From Marsupella aquatica (Eukaryota; Plantae; Marchantiophyta), in NCBI GenBank assembly GCA_973895155.1, contig OZ316895.1:15692816-15756815 (forward strand): a stretch of DNA of 64,000 bases. The letters run 5' to 3'. The position numbers and the translations under genes were made by a program. The notes under the pieces were generated by a model that saw only the letters and a list, made by a program, of their open reading frames with translations, had not been told where the DNA came from and did no database searches. Below, piece after piece: positions 60,786 through 64,000 of this stretch (positions within the stretch are counted from its first letter, which is position 1; each line of letters begins with the position of its first letter).

Positions 60786-62155
60786 ACAAAAAGAGTAATT
60801 TGTCAGTTACCATTTGAAGCACGTCATGAGTTATTTGTTGTCATTTTGAATTATGATGTTTTTCACAACACATACACTTGATTTTGAAAGGTTGGATTTT
60901 GAGGTTACATAACTGGGAAGTGAGTTTCTTTTGATAATGTGGACTGATCATAATCGTCCTTTACGTCCAAAAAAAACAAGTTGCAACAGCAATCTGGGTG
61001 GGCCCCAAACAACAAAAGCAATGCTGAGATGGACCCAAAACAAAAGTAACATCTAAGTACTAAATATTATTTTATTCCACCATGCTTGAAGTCCATCACA
61101 CCAAGTTTAGGTCCATAGGGCTTTAGTTTCCTCCCCAAACACACTGGAGGCTTCAATAAATCCCCCTCCGCCCCCCCCCTCGGCAGGAGATTGGGCAGCT
61201 GTCGGTTAATTTTTAAGAAAAACATACAGAAGTGTATCTAAGTCACCATAATTAATAAAAATGCAAAAAAGTGATTATTTTGTCCTACTCCCACATATCG
61301 GGGACAGTGGCGATTTAGAGCAGCACAGACCACATAATTATTGGTAATTAATGTTAACATCCTGGAACGCGGTTTATTATTGTGTACGTAAGGCGTTATT
61401 AGCTGAGGGTTTTGACCATCCTTGTTGTTTAGTAGGCTAGTAATAGGCCAACACTTAATGGAGCTAATAATAGGCCAACCTTTAAGAATGACGATTCTCT
61501 TGAAGGTTCGACCTTTGCGTTCGTTCGCATGTTTTTCGCCATTTCTTTCGTACGGGGAATCACGTTCGAAGCGTCACCCAATTTTGAGAAGGAGACGGAT
61601 TTCAGGTATGGGTTTGTGAACAGTGGTCCCTGAGCGATTCGTAGGTTTCTCGTGAGCGAGTTGTAGGCTGGTCACAGAATGAGCTCTTTTCTCGGTGTTT
61701 TTGTCTCAGTCTTCGAGCCCGTTCGATGCCAATTACTGTGGCGTGCGTAGAGTGTCAAGTCCTTGCTACTCTTTGACCTAATTAGACTTCTACGTGTAAT
61801 CTGCAGTGGCTCGATCGGTGGCTTTAATCGATTCGGAGCATTTGACCTCCTCCGACCCTTTACCACTGTTTCGCACTAGAAATTCAGGGAGCGAAGAGTT
61901 TTCGTTCGCCAGTTGAAGTCTTGCTTCGCGACCGTTCTTGTAGGCAAGCCTGCAATTGGTGGTTCACCCGGTAACTGTTTGGGATTTTCTTACTGCCAGG
62001 AACGAGCTCGGCGAATGTTGATTACTCGGCAGGGTAATTCTGACTCGCTGTTGTGAAGGAGGGAGTGGTAGAGTTGCCGATGGAGAACGAGATAGGTAGA
62101 GTAGTCGACCGAGCGTGAGATTTTCACGGCCAGAGAAGGAATTAGGGAAGTAATC

Positions 62156-64000
62156 ATGGGTTCGAGCAAGAAAACAAGTGCGCAGCTAGTTGAGCTGTTT
62201 CAGAAAGCATCGAAAGCGGCAGAGAAGGTTGAGGATGACGAGGGAGATCAAACCGAGGAGACACGGTGCGTCGATGCTCTCAAGGCTATGCGAAATGTCC
62301 CCGTGACGACCAGTATTTTAATGGACACGCAGGTAAGTCTTTGCTTTGAGTGACTTAGCTATGCTTGGAACGATTTTTAAGCTGTAGAAAAACCTACAGT
62401 AGAATTATGGTTTGGCAATGAACTGCAAGGTCCACACACGCTACTTACATCTTCGTAAAATTTCATCTTAGTCGGAGATGTTTCCCGTAGAAAGTGACCG
62501 GCACGGTTAGCTTTAAACCTCATTTCTTTGTTGAGACTCTTTCTCGACGTGGTGCAGTACACTCTGAAAAGATCATTGCAAAGGCCTTCGGTAATAAATC
62601 CTTCTAGAAGTTCACGGCAATTACAGTGGCTTGCTGTGCAGACGCACTCATTAGTTGATTTTCGATGTTCATGTTCTCAGTTTTAGGGGAATCTTGCAAA
62701 CCCTAGATTTTTCTTTCAAGGTGATTTACAAATTTTACGTTTTCTGACGACACGATGTAGCTAACTCGAAGGCGATGCTGGAAACTGTGATACCCTATCA
62801 AGAAAAGTAGGAATCCAGTTCATCTCGTTAAACTTCTTCCCTTTGTCGTGCATTTTCTCCTTTTGATTGTCCACCTACGCTCCGCTCTTCCCTCTTGCGT
62901 TTTGCCACGCCTTCATGGCCTTTGATGGAGTTGCTGTCCAAAATGAGATGTGAAATATCGTCTGAACTTGCTTTCTAGAAAGTGTTCAACAGCAGTAAAT
63001 ATATATGGAAGTCAATGAAAATGGTCAATCGCAATAAATCAATGTGAGAGTGATGTAGAAGTCTTTTGCTTGCCAGCAGCATTTCCTGCTAGTCGTTCCT
63101 TCCGCACTTTGAGGTGCGTAGGTGGACGATCAAAAGTACTTCTTGAAAGAGCTTTACATGTTGTCGGTTAGAATGAAAGTTAATTGCCCAACATGGTCTT
63201 ACTTCCTCGTAGCACGGTTGCTTGATTCTGCATTTCAGAATTTTGAGGAAAGCCTGAATTATGTAATACTTCATGTAAAGGTTGATTGAATCATCGAAAT
63301 CTTTTGGTGTCTCTGGCCTAAAGCTGATATACTTCTTTCTGGTTATAAGTTTTATTCGTGGATATATGTGCTGTCAACATTAAATTTCTGCTGATCAATT
63401 TTTCTCTGCGTATATCTCCGCACACCTTCAGTGTCAGTAACATTGTAAGAATGTCTTCGATTTTCAGTAGGTGTTCCTCCTTGCTAGGAGTGTCTTGCTT
63501 ATATGTTACACTAACTTATTAGTTGAAACTTTTTGTCAAGTTTACTGAACTCTGAATTCATGATTGACTTTCGTAGGTTGGCAAGCAGCTACGGAAGCTC
63601 ACCAAGCATAAAAACTCTAGAATATGTGTTCTTGCTCAAGAGTTGATAGATGCCTGGAAGAAGGTAGTGGCTACAGAGGCAGCTGCCAAGAATGCAAGCA
63701 CAGCGTCAGCTGCCAAGAAGGCCCCTGCAGAAAACGAATCACTGAAGTCTCCTGGGCTGAGTTCTCTATCACTAAAATCTCCCAGCAGAGCTGCTAAACT
63801 TGTGAAAACGGAGCATACCGTCGAAGTCAAAAAGACTTCAATTACTGTCACTACCACGCACTCACAAAGTAATGGTACACAAGCGAATGGCGCTTTGAAG
63901 CCGTTGAGTGTACCGAAATGTGGGGACTCAACAAGAGACAGGATACGGGAGCTTCTAGCAGAGGCTTTCTCGAAGGTTCTCACTGAGGCAGAAGACGAAT
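62156..64000 (+). CDS. TFIIS: Transcription elongation factor TFIIS (5' part; runs off the window)
   Basis: Exon 62156-62332 (EETRCVDALKAM...TTSILMDTQ) spliced to exon 63577->64000 (VGKQLRKLTKH...LIDAWKKVV...CGDSTRDRIRELLAEAFSKV), i.e. the N-terminal and start of the central TFIIS domains. Probable 5'UTR intron from 61607. Confidence 0.92.

Noticed and set aside
63636-63983. Antisense ORFs over real genes (also 1729-2022, 27394-27705, 36955-37386, 51639-52121)
   Set aside because: Shadow ORFs opposite well-supported exons.

Overview
Eukaryotic, land-plant nuclear DNA (GT-AG introns; possibly a seed-free lineage, not determinable here). Five intron-containing genes: a DOXC-class 2OG/Fe(II) dioxygenase (+, 1381-3058), a BAHD acyltransferase (-, 25684-27685), a MAM33/p32 mitochondrial glycoprotein (-, 35185-37987), a threonine aspartase/taspase-1 (+, ~51362-56730) and the 5' part of TFIIS (+, from 62156). 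Between them lie a young but disabled Ty1/copia element (8183-14586; 344-bp LTRs, 5-bp TSD, in-frame UGA between gag and pol), CRE-like non-LTR retrotransposon fragments with a restriction-like endonuclease, a three-copy MITE family with 8-bp TSDs, two long inverted-repeat elements, a CACTA-like remnant and several tandem arrays. The strongest feature the ORF track does not show is three dual-guide C/D-box snoRNAs (U36a-like, antisense to 25S rRNA) inside intron 2 of the MAM33 gene, which has three telo-boxes upstream. Also notable is an exact 124-bp duplication of a splice acceptor in the taspase gene. All calls were made by eye, with no database search.
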